Assembly (NCBI GenBank): GCA_964106915.2
Contig: OZ066914.1
Source: Podarcis gaigeae
Lineage: Eukaryota
Reading direction: 5' to 3' (one strand)
Length of the DNA stretch: 64,000 nt
Part shown: piece by piece, positions 51,189-63,062 of the stretch
Layout: each line of letters starts with the position of its first letter
Numbering within the stretch: position 1 is the first letter of the stretch
Translations under genes and position numbers: made by a program
The notes under the pieces: model-generated
What the model saw: the letters and a program-made list of their open reading frames with translations, nothing else
What the model was told of the DNA's origin: nothing
The model's database searches: none

Positions 51189-51878
51189 CTGAAGACACAA
51201 TAGAAAAGAAATAAATGTATAACAGTTGTTACATACTGCTTGAAGACATACTGCTGGAAATGGATGCAAAACACTGTAGATACTTAAGACTTCAGTGTAC
51301 ACTTCCAAAGCACCAACTGAAGCATAACAATTCAGAATTCCAACTGAGCTCAACCGGACTTACATGTATCTTTAGGGCTGGAGAATTTAACTTGATAATT
51401 GTACTACAAAAACCAGTTTAATGGATCAGTTCAATACTTTGTTTACTTGCTGTTCTTATTATACACCTACCGTACTATCAAGAAACAGGGGAATCCAGCT
51501 ATATTCCTCCCAGTATCAAGAAACACACCCCTCCAGTCCAAAGGTGCTGTTAATAAAATTCCAAATATCTAACCAGAGAGCTATCTACTACTTGTAATAG
51601 CATTGAAAACGTCTTTGAAAAATGCACACTGAGATCTAGGCAAACATTTTTGATAAGTTGCTAGCTGATAGACACTAGGTTTCATAATTGCGATACCAAT
51701 TTTTGAAAAGGGTGGTATATGAAATAAGATCACCAAGCCCCCATTAATATGAAACAATTTGCTAACATTTGGCATGACACCTGTAATTGAGTAACATGTA
51801 ATAAATTTAACTGTTGGAATATTTACCAAAGGTAACAAGATTTTCATACCAGGATATGCAGATTCATTCTGTAATTAC

Positions 51879-54800
51879 CTGTTGTAACAACGACCAAAGG
51901 CTTAGTGGAAAATGGCACTCCGGTAGGGACAGTTGCTGTTTCTACAGTAATCCCAGTAGTGGATATCGTCGACACAGGTTTGGAAACATGGGTAGATGGA
52001 AGAGATGTGGTTGAAACGGTGGAAGCCACTCCAGAAGTGATGGAGGGTGTGCTGACGGAGCCAGGGGTTGAGAAAGGGATGGTGGTCATGGGCTTTCCTG
52101 TTGTAATTCCAGGAGTGGTGGAAACAAGGGGGGTGCTTTGGGTGGTAGTGACTACAATGGGAGGTGGTGTAGAAGCTGTGGAGGATGCTGGAGTTGTGCT
52201 CTTGCCAGCAGTGCTGCCTGGTGTTTCTGTGCTTGTTGGCTTTCCTGTGGTTAATCCTGGAGTTGTAGAAACAAGGGTGGTGCTTTCGGTGGTGGTGAAT
52301 ACAATGGGAGGTGGCGTAGAACCTGTGGAGGATGCTGGAGATGTACTCTTGCCTGCTGTGCTGCCTGGTGTTTCTGTGCTTGTTGGCTTTCCTGTGGTTA
52401 CTCCTGGAGTTGTGGAAACAAGAGTGGAGCTTTGGGTGGTGGTAAATGCAATGGGAGGTGGCGTAGAACCCGTGGAGGATGCTGGAGTTGTGCTTTTGCC
52501 TGCCGTGCTGCCAGGTTTTTCTGTGGTAGAAGCAGCAGGTGTGCTCAGTGGTGTTGTGCTAGGATGGCAGGGCTTGTATTCACAGCACTGGTATCTAACC
52601 TGGAAGTTATAACACATCTTGTCTGTTTGCTTTGAATTTTCACACAAAAGTCCAACATGGAGGTTACATTGCACTTCCTGACCAAGCAGATACAGGCTGA
52701 CATCAGGGTGATTCTCAGCTCTGCATTCAATGTCTTGTGGATGTTTGCAAATATTTCCTCCAGCTTTTCGGATAGTCTCAAAATTCTCTATATCGCCATC
52801 ATCTGGACTGCTGGTAGGACGGTGCAAATCATACCAGGAGGTCCAGTTACACTTTGGGAGGCACACAGTAGAGGTACCTTCTAGCGTAGTGGTAACAAGG
52901 GGAGCCAGGGTGGTTGTTGTGGTCAGCAGGCCTGGAGGGGTTTGTGCAGTGGTCCCGGTGGTGGGTATTGGCGTAGAGCCCGTGGAGGATGCTGGAGCCG
53001 TGCTCTTGCCTGCCGTGCTGCCTGGTGTTTCTGTGGTTGTTGGCTTTCCTGTGGTTACTCCTGGTGTTGTGGAAACAAGGGTGGTGCTTTCGGTGGTGGT
53101 GTGAACAACAGGAGGTGGCGTAGAGCCCGTGGAGGATGCTGGAGCCGTGCTCTTGCCCACCGTGCTACCTGGGGCTTCTGTGGTGGTGGCACTTGTTGTG
53201 ACCAGTGGCGCTGGGGTGGTTTCACAGTGCTTGTAGTCGCAACACAGTGCTCTCATCTCATAGTCGTAACAGATCTTGTACTTCCCTGTCTGTTTGGCAT
53301 TCTCACAAAGGAGTCCAGTGTTGATATCACAGATCATGTTCTGTCCAAGTTCAGATGCGCTGAGCTCTGGGTAGTCCACTCCTCTGCACTCCACCTTTTG
53401 AGGGTGCTCGCAGATGGTACCGCCCGATGCCTGGATGCTCTTAATGTCCTCGCGATCGCCATCCCCAGGGTCGGAGCTTGGAGTGTGAAAACTGAACCAA
53501 GAGGTCCACTGGCATTTGGGTTGGCAACCGGTAGGGGTGCTTCCTGGCGTAGTGGTAACAAGGGGAGCCAGGGTGGTGGTTGTGGTCAGCAGGCCTGGAG
53601 GGGTTTGTGCAGTGGTCCCGGTGGTGGGTATTGTTGAGGAAGGCTTGGAAACTGGAGTGGACTGGAGTGTTGTGGCTGTCACAGTGGGGACCACTCCAGT
53701 GGAGACGGCAGCAGTGCTGACTGAGCCTGGTGTTGTGAGAGGGAGGGTGGAAAGCGGCGTTGAGTGGGTGGTGGTGGTTGGCTTTCTTGTTGTAACTCCT
53801 GGAGTTGTCGGAACAAGGGTGGTGCTTTTGGTGGTGGTGAATACAACGGGAGGTGGCGTAGAGCCCGTGGAGGATGCTGGAGCCGTGCTCTTGCCTGCCG
53901 TGCTGCCTGGTGTTTCTGTGGTTGTTGGCTTTCCTGTGGTTACTCCTGGTGTTGTGGAAACAAGGGTGGTGCTTTCGGTGGTGGTGTGAACAACAGGAGG
54001 TGGCGTAGAGCCCGTGGAGGATGCTGGAGCCGTGCTCTTGCCCACCGTGCTACCTGGGGCTTCTGTGGTGGTGGCACTTGTTGTGACCAGTGGCGCTGGG
54101 GTGGTTTCACAGTGCTTGTAGTCGCAACACAGTGCTCTCATCTCATAGTCGTAACAGATCTTGTACTTCCCTGTCTGTTTGGCATTCTCACAAAGGAGTC
54201 CAGTGTTGATATCACAGATCATGTTCTGTCCAAGTTCAGATGCGCTGAGCTCTGGGTAGTCCACTCCTCTGCACTCCACCTTTTGAGGGTGCTCGCAGAT
54301 GGTACCGCCCGATGCCTGGATGCTCTTAATGTCCTCGCGATCGCCATCCCCAGGGTCGGAGCTTGGAGTGTGAAAACTGAACCAAGAGGTCCACTGGCAT
54401 TTGGGTTGGCAACCGGTAGGGGTGCTTCCTGGCGTAGTGGTAACAAGGGGAGCCAGGGTGGTGGTTGTGGTCAGCAGGCCTGGAGGGGTTTGTGCAGTGG
54501 TCCCGGTGGTGGGTATTGTTGAGGAAGGCTTGGAAACAGGAGTGGACTGGAGTGTTGTGGCTGTCACAGTGGGGACCACTCCAGTGGAGACGGCAGCAGT
54601 GCTGACTGAGCCTGGTGTTGTGAGAGGGAGGGTGGAAAGCGGCGTTGAGTGGGTGGTGGTGGTTGGCTTTCTTGTTGTAACTCCTGGAGTTGTCGGAACA
54701 AGGGTGGTGCTTTCGGTGGTGGTGAATACAACGGGAGGTGGCGTAGAGCCCGTGGAGGATGCTGGAGCCGTGTTCTTGCCTGCCGTGCTGCCTGGTGTTT

Positions 54801-57800
54801 CTGTGGTTGTTGGCTTTCCTGTGGTTACTCCTGGTGTTGTGGAAACAAGGGTGGTGCTTTCGGTGGTGGTGTGAACAACAGGAGGTGGCGTAGAGCCCGT
54901 GGAGGATGCTGGAGCCGTGCTCTTGCCCACCGTGCTACCTGGGGCTTCTGTGGTGGTGGCACTTGTTGTGACCAGTGGCGCTGGGGTGGTTTCACAGTGC
55001 TTGTAGTCGCAACACAGTGCTCTCATCTCATAGTCGTAACAGATCTTGTACTTCCCTGTCTGTTTGGCATTCTCACAAAGGAGTCCAGTGTTGATATCAC
55101 AGATCATGTTCTGTCCAAGTTCAGATGCGCTGAGCTCTGGGTAGTCCACTCCTCTGCACTCCACCTTTTGAGGGTGCTCGCAGATGGTACCGCCCGATGC
55201 CTGGATGCTCTTAATGTCCTCGCGATCGCCATCCCCAGGGTCGGAGCTTGGAGTGTGAAAACTGAACCAAGAGGTCCACTGGCATTTGGGTTGGCAACCG
55301 GTAGGGGTGCTTCCTGGCGTAGTGGTAACAAGGGGAGCCAGGGTGGTGGTTGTGGTCAGCAGGCCTGGAGGGGTTTGTGCAGTGGTCCCGGTGGTGGGTA
55401 TTGTTGAGGAAGGCTTGGAAACAGGAGTGGACTGGAGTGTTGTGGCTGTCACAGTGGGGACCACTCCAGTGGAGACGGCAGCAGTGCTGACTGAGCCTGG
55501 TGTTGTGAGAGGGAGGGTGGAAAGCGGCGTTGAGTGGGTGGTGGTGGTTGGCTTTCTTGTTGTAACTCCTGGAGTTGTCGGAACAAGGGTGGTGCTTTCG
55601 GTGGTGGTGAATACAACGGGAGGTGGCGTAGAGCCCGTGGAGGATGCTGGAGCCGTGCTCTTGCCTGCCGTGCTGCCTGGTGTTTCTGTGGTTGTTGGCT
55701 TTCCTATGGTTACTCCTGGTGTTGTGGAAACAAGGGTGGTGCTTTCGGTGGTGGTGTGAACAACAGGAGGTGGCGTAGAGCCCGTGGAGGATGTTGGAGC
55801 CGTGCTCTTGCCCACCGTGCTACCTGGGGCTTCTGTGGTGGTGGCACTTGTTGTGACCAGTGGCGCTGGGGTGGTTTCACAGTGCTTGTAGTCGCAACAC
55901 AGTGCTCTCATCTCATAGTCGTAACAGATCTTGTACTTCCCTGTCTGTTTGGCATTCTCACAAAGGAGTCCAGTGTTGATATCACAGATCATGTTCTGTC
56001 CAAGTTCAGATGCGCTGAGCTCTGGGTAGTCCACTCCTCTGCACTCCACCTTTTGAGGGTGCTCGCAGATGGTACCGCCCGATGCCTGGATGCTCTTAAT
56101 GTCCTCGCGATCGCCATCCCCAGGGTCGGAGCTTGGAGTGTGAAAACTGAACCAAGAGGTCCACTGGCATTTGGGTTGGCAACCGGTAGGGGTGCTTCCT
56201 GGCGTAGTGGTAACAAGGGGAGCCAGGGTGGTTGTTGTGGTCAGCAGGCCTGGAGGGGTTTGTGCAGTGGTCCCGGTGGTGGGTATTGTTGAGGAAGGCT
56301 TGGAAACAGGAGTGGACTGGAGTGTTGTGGCTGTCACAGTGGGGACCACTCCAGTGGAGACGGCACCAGTGCTGACTGAGCCTGGTGTTGTGAGAGGGAG
56401 GGTGGAAAGCGGCGTTGAGTGGGTGGTGGTGGTTGGCTTTCTTGTTGTAACTCCTGGAGTTGTCGGAACAAGGGTGGTGCTTTCGGTGGTGGTGAATACA
56501 ACGGGAGGTGGCGTAGAGCCCGTGGAGGATGCTGGAGCCGTGCTCTTGCCTGCCGTGCTGCCTGGTGTTTCTGTGGTTGTTGGCTTTCCTGTGGTTACTC
56601 CTGGTGTTGTGGAAACAAGGGTGGTGCTTTCGGTGGTGGTGTGAACAACAGGAGGTGGCGTAGAGCCCGTGGAGGATGCTGGAGCCGTGCTCTTGCCCAC
56701 CGTGCTACCTGGGGCTTCTGTGGTGGTGGCACTTGTTGTGACCAGTGGCGCTGGGGTGGTTTCACAGTGCTTGTAGTCGCAACACAGTGCTCTCATCTCA
56801 TAGTCGTAACAGATCTTGTACTTCCCTGCCTGTTTGGCATTCTCACAAAGGAGTCCAGTGTTGATATCACAGATCATGTTCTGTCCAAGTTCAGATGCGC
56901 TGAGCTCTGGGTAGTCCACTCCTCTGCACTCCACCTTTTGAGGGTGCTCGCAGATGGTACCGCCCGATGCCTGGATGCTCTTAATGTCCTCGCGATCGCC
57001 ATCCCCAGGGTCGGAGCTTGGAGTGTGAAAACTGAACCAAGAGGTCCACTGGCATTTGGGTTGGCAACCGGTAGGGGTGCTTCCTGGCGTAGTGGTAACA
57101 AGGGGAGCCAGGGTGGTGGTTGTGGTCAGCAGGCCTGGAGGGGTTTGTGCAGTGGTCCCGGTGGTGGGTATTGTTGAGGAAGGCTTGGAAACTGGAGTGG
57201 ACTGGAGTGTTGTGGCTGTCACAGTGGGGACCACTCCAGTGGAGACGGCAGCAGTGCTGACTGAGCCTGGTGTTGTGAGAGGGAGGGTGGAAAGCGGCGT
57301 TGAGTGGGTGGTGGTGGTTGGCTTTCTTGTTGTAACTCCTGTAGTTGTCGGAACAAGGGTGGTGCTTTTGGTGGTGGTGAATACAACGGGAGGTGGCGTA
57401 GAGCCCGTGGAGGATGCTGGAGCCGTGCTCTTGCCTGCCGTGCTGCCTGGTGTTTCTGTGGTTGTTGGCTTTCCTGTGGTTACTCCTGGTGTTGTGGAAA
57501 CAAGGGTGGTGCTTTCGGTGGTGGTGTGAACAACAGGAGGTGGCGTAGAGCCCGTGGAGGATGCTGGAGCCGTGCTCTTGCCCACCGTGCTACCTGGGGC
57601 TTCTGTGGTGGTGGCACTTGTTGTGACCAGTGGCGCTGGGGTGGTTTCACAGTGCTTGTAGTCGCAACACAGTGCTCTCATCTCATAGTCGTAACAGATC
57701 TTGTACTTCCCTGTCTGTTTGGCATTCTCACAAAGGAGTCCAGTGTTGATATCACAGATCATGTTCTGTCCAAGTTCAGATGCGCTGAGCTCTGGGTAGT

Positions 57801-60800
57801 CCACTCCTCTGCACTCCACCTTTTGAGGGTGCTCGCAGATGGTACCGCCCGATGCCTGGATGCTCTTAATGTCCTCGCGATCGCCATCCCCAGGGTCGGA
57901 GCTTGGAGTGTGAAAACTGAACCAAGAGGTCCACTGGCATTTGGGTTGGCAACCGGTAGGGGTGCTTCCTGGCGTAGTGGTAACAAGGGGAGCCAGGGTG
58001 GTTGTTGTGGTCAGCAGGCCTGGAGGGGTTTGTGCAGTGGTCCCGGTGGTGGGTATTGTTGAGGAAGGCTTGGAAACAGGAGTGGACTGGAGTGTTGTGG
58101 CTGTCACAGTGGGGACCACTCCAGTGGAGACGGCAGCAGTGCTGACTGAGCCTGGTGTTGTGAGAGGGAGGGTGGAAAGCGGCGTTGAGTGGGTGGTGGT
58201 GGTTGGCTTTCTTGTTGTAACTCCTGTAGTTGTCGGAACAAGGGTGGTGCTTTTGGTGGTGGTGAATACAACGGGAGGTGGCGTAGAGCCCGTGGAGGAT
58301 GCTGGAGCCGTGCTCTTGCCTGCCGTGCTGCCTGGTGTTTCTGTGGTTGTTGGCTTTCCTGTGGTTACTCCTGGTGTTGTGGAAACAAGGGTGGTGCTTT
58401 CGGTTGTTGTGTGAACAACAGGAGGTGGCGTAGAGCCCGTGGAGGATGCTGGAGCCGTGCTCTTGCCCACCGTGCTACCTGGGGCTTCTGTGGTGGTGGC
58501 ACTTGTTGTGACCAGTGGCGCTGGGGTGGTTTCACAGTGCTTGTAGTCGCAACACAGTGCTCTCATCTCATAGTCGTAACAGATCTTGTACTTCCCTGTC
58601 TGTTTGGCATTCTCACAAAGGAGTCCAGTGTTGATATCACAGATCATGTTCTGTCCAAGTTCAGATGCGCTGAGCTCTGGGTAGTCCACTCCTCTGCACT
58701 CCACCTTTTGAGGGTGCTCGCAGATGGTACCGCCCGATGCCTGGATGCTCTTAATGTCCTCGCGATCGCCATCCCCAGGGTCGGAGCTTGGAATGTGAAA
58801 ACTGAACCAAGAGGTCCACTGGCATTTGGGTTGGCAACCGGTAGGGGTGCTTCCTGGCGTAGTGGTAACAAGGGGAGCCAGGGTGGTGGTTGTGGTCAGC
58901 AGGCCTGGAGGGGTTTGTGCAGTGGTCCCGGTGGTGGGTATTGTTGAGGAAGGCTTGGAAACTGGAGTGGACTGGAGTGTTGTGGCTGTCACAGTGGGGA
59001 CCACTCCAGTGGAGACGGCACCAGTGCTGACTGAGCCTGGTGTTGTGAGAGGGAGGGTGGAAAGCGGCGTTGAGTGGGTGGTGGTGGTTGGCTTTCTTGT
59101 TGTAACTCCTGGAGTTGTCGGAACAAGGATGGTGCTTTCGGTGGTGGTGAATACAACGGGAGGTGGCGTAGAGCCCGTGGAGGATGCTGGAGCCGTGCTC
59201 TTGCCTGCCGTGCTGCCTGGTGTTTCTGTGGTTGTTGGCTTTCCTGTGGTTACTCCTGGTGTTGTGGAAACAAGGGTGGTGCTTTCGGTGGTGGATTGAA
59301 CAACAGGAGGTGGCGTAGAGCCCGTGGAGGATCCTGGAGCCGTGCTCTTGCCCACCGTGCTACCTGGGGCTTCTGTGGTGGTGGCACTTGTTGTGACCAG
59401 TGGCGCTGGGGTGGTTTCACAGTGCTTGTAGTCGCAACACAGTGCTCTCATCTCATAGTCGTAACAGATCTTGTACTTCCCTGTCTGTTTGGCATTCTCA
59501 CAAAGAAGTCCAGTGTTGATATCACAGATCATGTTCTGTCCAAGTTCAGATGCGCTGAGCTCTGGGTAGTCCACTCCTCTGCACTCCACCTTTTGAGGGT
59601 GCTCGCAGATGGTACCGCCCGATGCCTGGATGCTCTTAATGTCCTCGCGATCGCCATCCCCAGGGTCGGAGCTTGGAGTGTGAAAACTGAACCAAGAGGT
59701 CCACTGGCATTTGGGTTGGCAACCGGTAGGGGTGCTTCCTGGCGTAGTGGTAACAAGGGGAGCCAGGGTGGTGGTTGTGGTCAGCAGGCCTGGAGGGGTT
59801 TGTGCAGTGGTCCCGGTGGTGGGTATTGTTGAGGAAGGCTTGGAAACAGGAGTGGACTGGAGTGTTGTGGCTGTCACAGTGGGGACCACTCCAGTGGAGA
59901 CGGCAGCAGTGCTGACTGAGCCTGGTGTTGTGAGAGGGAGGGTGGAAAGCGGCGTTGAGTGGGTGGTGGTGGTTGGCTTTCTTGTTGTAACTCCTGGAGT
60001 TGTCGGAACAAGGGTGGTGCTTTCGGTGGTGGTGAATACAACGGGAGGTGGCGTAGAGCCCGTGGAGGATGCTGGAGCCGTGCTCTTGCCTGCCGTGCTG
60101 CCTGGTGTTTCTGTGGTTGTTGGCTTTCCTGTGGTTACTCCTGGTGTTGTGGAAACAAGGGTGGTGCTTTCGGTGGTGGTGTGAACAACAGGAGGTGGCG
60201 TAGAGCCCGTGGAGGATGCTGGAGCCGTGCTCTTGCCCACCGTGCTACCTGGGGCTTCTGTGGTGGTGGCACTTGTTGTGACCAGTGGCGCTGGGGTGGT
60301 TTCACAGTGCTTGTAGTCGCAACACAGTGCTCTCATCTCATAGTCGTAACAGATCTTGTACTTCCCTGTCTGTTTGGCATTCTCACAAAGGAGTCCAGTG
60401 TTGATATCACAGATCATGTTCTGTCCAAGTTCAGATGCGCTGAGCTCTGGGTAGTCCACTCCTCTGCACTCCACCTTTTGAGGGTGCTCGCAGATGGTAC
60501 CGCCCGATGCCTGGATGCTCTTAATGTCCTCGCGATCGCCATCCCCAGGGTCGGAGCTTGGAGTGTGAAAACTGAACCAAGAGGTCCACTGGCATTTGGG
60601 TTGGCAACCGGTAGGGGTGCTTCCTGGCGTAGTGGTAACAAGGGGAGCCAGGGTGGTGGTTGTGGTCAGCAGGCCTGGAGGGGTTTGTGCAGTGGTCCCG
60701 GTGGTGGGTATTGTTGAGGAAGGCTTGGAAACAGGAGTGGACTGGAGTGTTGTGGCTGTCACAGTGGGGACCACTCCAGTGGAGACGGCAGCAGTGCTGA

Positions 60801-61949
60801 CTGAGCCTGGTGTTGTGAGAGGGAGGGTGGAAAGCGGCGTTGAGTGGGTGGTGGTGGTTGGCTTTCTTGTTGTAACTCCTGGAGTTGTCGGAACAAGGGT
60901 GGTGCTTTCGGTGGTGGTGAATACAACGGGAGGTGGCGTAGAGCCCGTGGAGGATGCTGGAGCCGTGCTCTTGCCTGCCGTGCTGCCTGGTGTTTCTGTG
61001 GTTGTTGGCTTTCCTGTGGTTACTCCTGGTGTTGTGGAAACAAGGGTGGTGCTTTCGGTGGTGGTGTGAACAACAGGAGGTGGCGTAGAGCCCGTGGAGG
61101 ATGCTGGAGCCGTGCTCTTGCCCACCGTGCTACCTGGGGCTTCTGTGGTGGTGGCACTTGTTGTGACCAGTGGCGCTGGGGTGGTTTCACAGTGCTTGTA
61201 GTCGCAACACAGTGCTCTCATCTCATAGTCGTAACAGATCTTGTACTTCCCTGTCTGTTTGGCATTCTCACAAAGGAGTCCAGTGTTGATATCACAGATC
61301 ATGTTCTGTCCAAGTTCAGATGCGCTGAGCTCTGGGTAGTCCACTCCTCTGCACTCCACCTTTTGAGGGTGCTCGCAGATGGTACCGCCCGATGCCTGGA
61401 TGCTCTTAATGTCCTCGCGATCGCCATCCCCAGGGTCGGAGCTTGGAGTGTGAAAACTGAACCAAGAGGTCCACTGGCATTTGGGTTGGCAACCGGTAGT
61501 GATGCTTCCTGCCGTAGTGGTAACAAGGGGTGTCAGGGTGGTTGTTATACCACCTGTCACTTTAGATGTAGTTCTGGATCCTGCTGTTGTTATTTCTGGT
61601 GTTGCTGGAGTTGTTGATGCACCACATGGTGTGTATAGGCAGCATAGGAACCTGATTTCAAAATTCAGGCAGATTGGTGGTGTCTGATCCTTATTGTTGC
61701 ATATCAAACCGTTAGACTTGGAACATTGTACCTTTTGTCCGAGGGTTTCTATGCTTTCATTAGGAAAGCGCTGAGCTCTGCATTCCACTTCATCTGGCAT
61801 TTTACATACTTTGTTTCCTCTATCTCTTATTTTCTCTGGTGTTTCATAATCCCCATTGTCTCGTCCAAATTTAGGGTAGCTGACATCATACCATTCTGTC
61901 CATTCACATGTTCTATGGACACATACTGTTGGTTGCGCTGTAGTGGATT
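51879..61949 (-). CDS. MUC5B: MUC5B giant central exon (10,071 nt): 12 CysD domains interspersed with PTS domains
   Basis: ttacag|AA TCC...ACA G|gtaatt, phase 1/1, open throughout (part of the 3374-aa ORF). CysD domains have 10 Cys and WxxW motifs, separated by Thr/Ser/Pro-rich tracts. The MUC5B call rests on the flanking exon sequences and on tail-to-tail synteny with TOLLIP. Confidence 0.95.
52880..61530 (-). repeat. Coding tandem super-repeat, 885-nt period, 10 copies (last one internally deleted), each with two 147-nt sub-repeats
   Basis: The CysD start motif recurs at 53511, 54396, 55281, 56166, 57051, 57936, 58821, 59706, 60591 and 61476, exactly 885 nt apart. Confidence 0.97.
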
Positions 61950-62741
61950 CTGTAAGAAACAACATCACTGGTTATTTTAATCTGGTTTATTTAGATCATA
62001 AATCTCCCTATCTGTTATCTGTCTCCTCTCTCCTTCTCCCATGTAACCTCTCTCCCAAGTTTTTTCTGTAGATGAGGCAGGGATTGGGGGGCGGGGGGAA
62101 CCAGAAGAGCACATTGGTGGAAGTGGATCATTCCATCTGGGGAGCTCCCATGCTTGAGCCGATTGAACCTTCAACTTAACTTTATGTTGATTTCCATCTT
62201 GTATATTTTTATTTTAAAATAATATATGCAACATGTAACAAAAAATATGAATATGGTGTATTTGGGGATGTTTTCCTATGTTATAGAAGATTTGTAAAGT
62301 TTTTCATTATCTCTTCATTTTCTTACATACTTTGTTTATAAATGCTTGCTTTTGATCAGGTCGCATTTACATCTAGTTTGGTTGAGATAATTGGAAAAAA
62401 ATTATGTTATGGAGCTGGCTCAAATACCTAAGTACGCTAAGGAGATTGCTTCATTAGTACAAGCCCTGTTGCACTAGTGGGACTCATTTGTGCTGGCTCT
62501 AGTAACAGAAGTATTTAGTTGAATTTGTCCCTTTGTGTGGTGTTGTATGGCACCTCTGATTTTAACAGCTGACCCAAGATGTGGTGCTATTTGTCCTACT
62601 ACTGCAGTGGTAGGAGCTGCTTCTCTGCTCTTTGGTGTGGTGCAGTGCATGTCTACTCAGAATTATTATTCACTGTGTTCAATGGAACTTCTCTCAGCGA
62701 AGTTTGGAAAGAGTTGAAGCAAAAGATTTGGACTGAAATAC

Positions 62742-62930
62742 CTGCTTCACTTGGTGTTGTAGTTGAAACTGTAGGTGGTATTGTGGTAGTCCCACCACAT
62801 CTGAATAGTTCTCTGTGGATTGTTCCATTGACATCACACGTTGCAATCATGCACCAGCCTAAGCCATCTGTGGTGTTGTAGATGACATCCTTGTAGATAT
62901 ATGTCTTTCCTTCATAATAGCAGTAGCATG
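62742..62930 (-). CDS. MUC5B: MUC5B exon preceding the central exon
   Basis: 189 nt, phase 1/1. (A)CYCYYEGKTYIYKDVIYNTTDGLGWCMIATCDVNGTIHRELFRCGGTTTIPPTVSTTTPSEA. Confidence 0.93.
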
Positions 62931-63018
62931 CTGAAAATTGACAGAGTAAGAATGGTCAGGTAACATCATATGAAATATGATATAAGGTGCCATTCATAAC
63001 TCACTACATACAGCTTAC

Positions 63019-63062
63019 CTTTGGCATCGTAGTTACACTCTATGCCTTTACTGGTGCATGTA
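63019..63062 (-). CDS. MUC5B: MUC5B small exon
   Basis: 44 nt, phase 2/1. (C)TCTSKGIECNYDAK. Confidence 0.9.

Noticed and set aside
52880-61530. Regular repeat array as a CRISPR-like or non-coding satellite
   Set aside because: There are no unique spacers, the unit is a multiple of 3, and it lies in a continuous ORF of a eukaryotic gene.
51905-61687. Repeated plus-strand ORFs (157-aa Val/Gly-rich, 252-aa Gly/Cys/Trp-rich) and 75-aa alternative-frame minus ORFs
   Set aside because: These are shadow frames of the Thr/Pro/Ser codon-biased mucin repeat. They recur only because the DNA repeats, and most start at non-ATG codons.
51844-61968. 3374-aa ORF as a stand-alone single-exon gene
   Set aside because: Its ends are intronic. 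AG/GT sites at 61950 and 51878 join in phase to flanking mucin exons, and there is no signal peptide.
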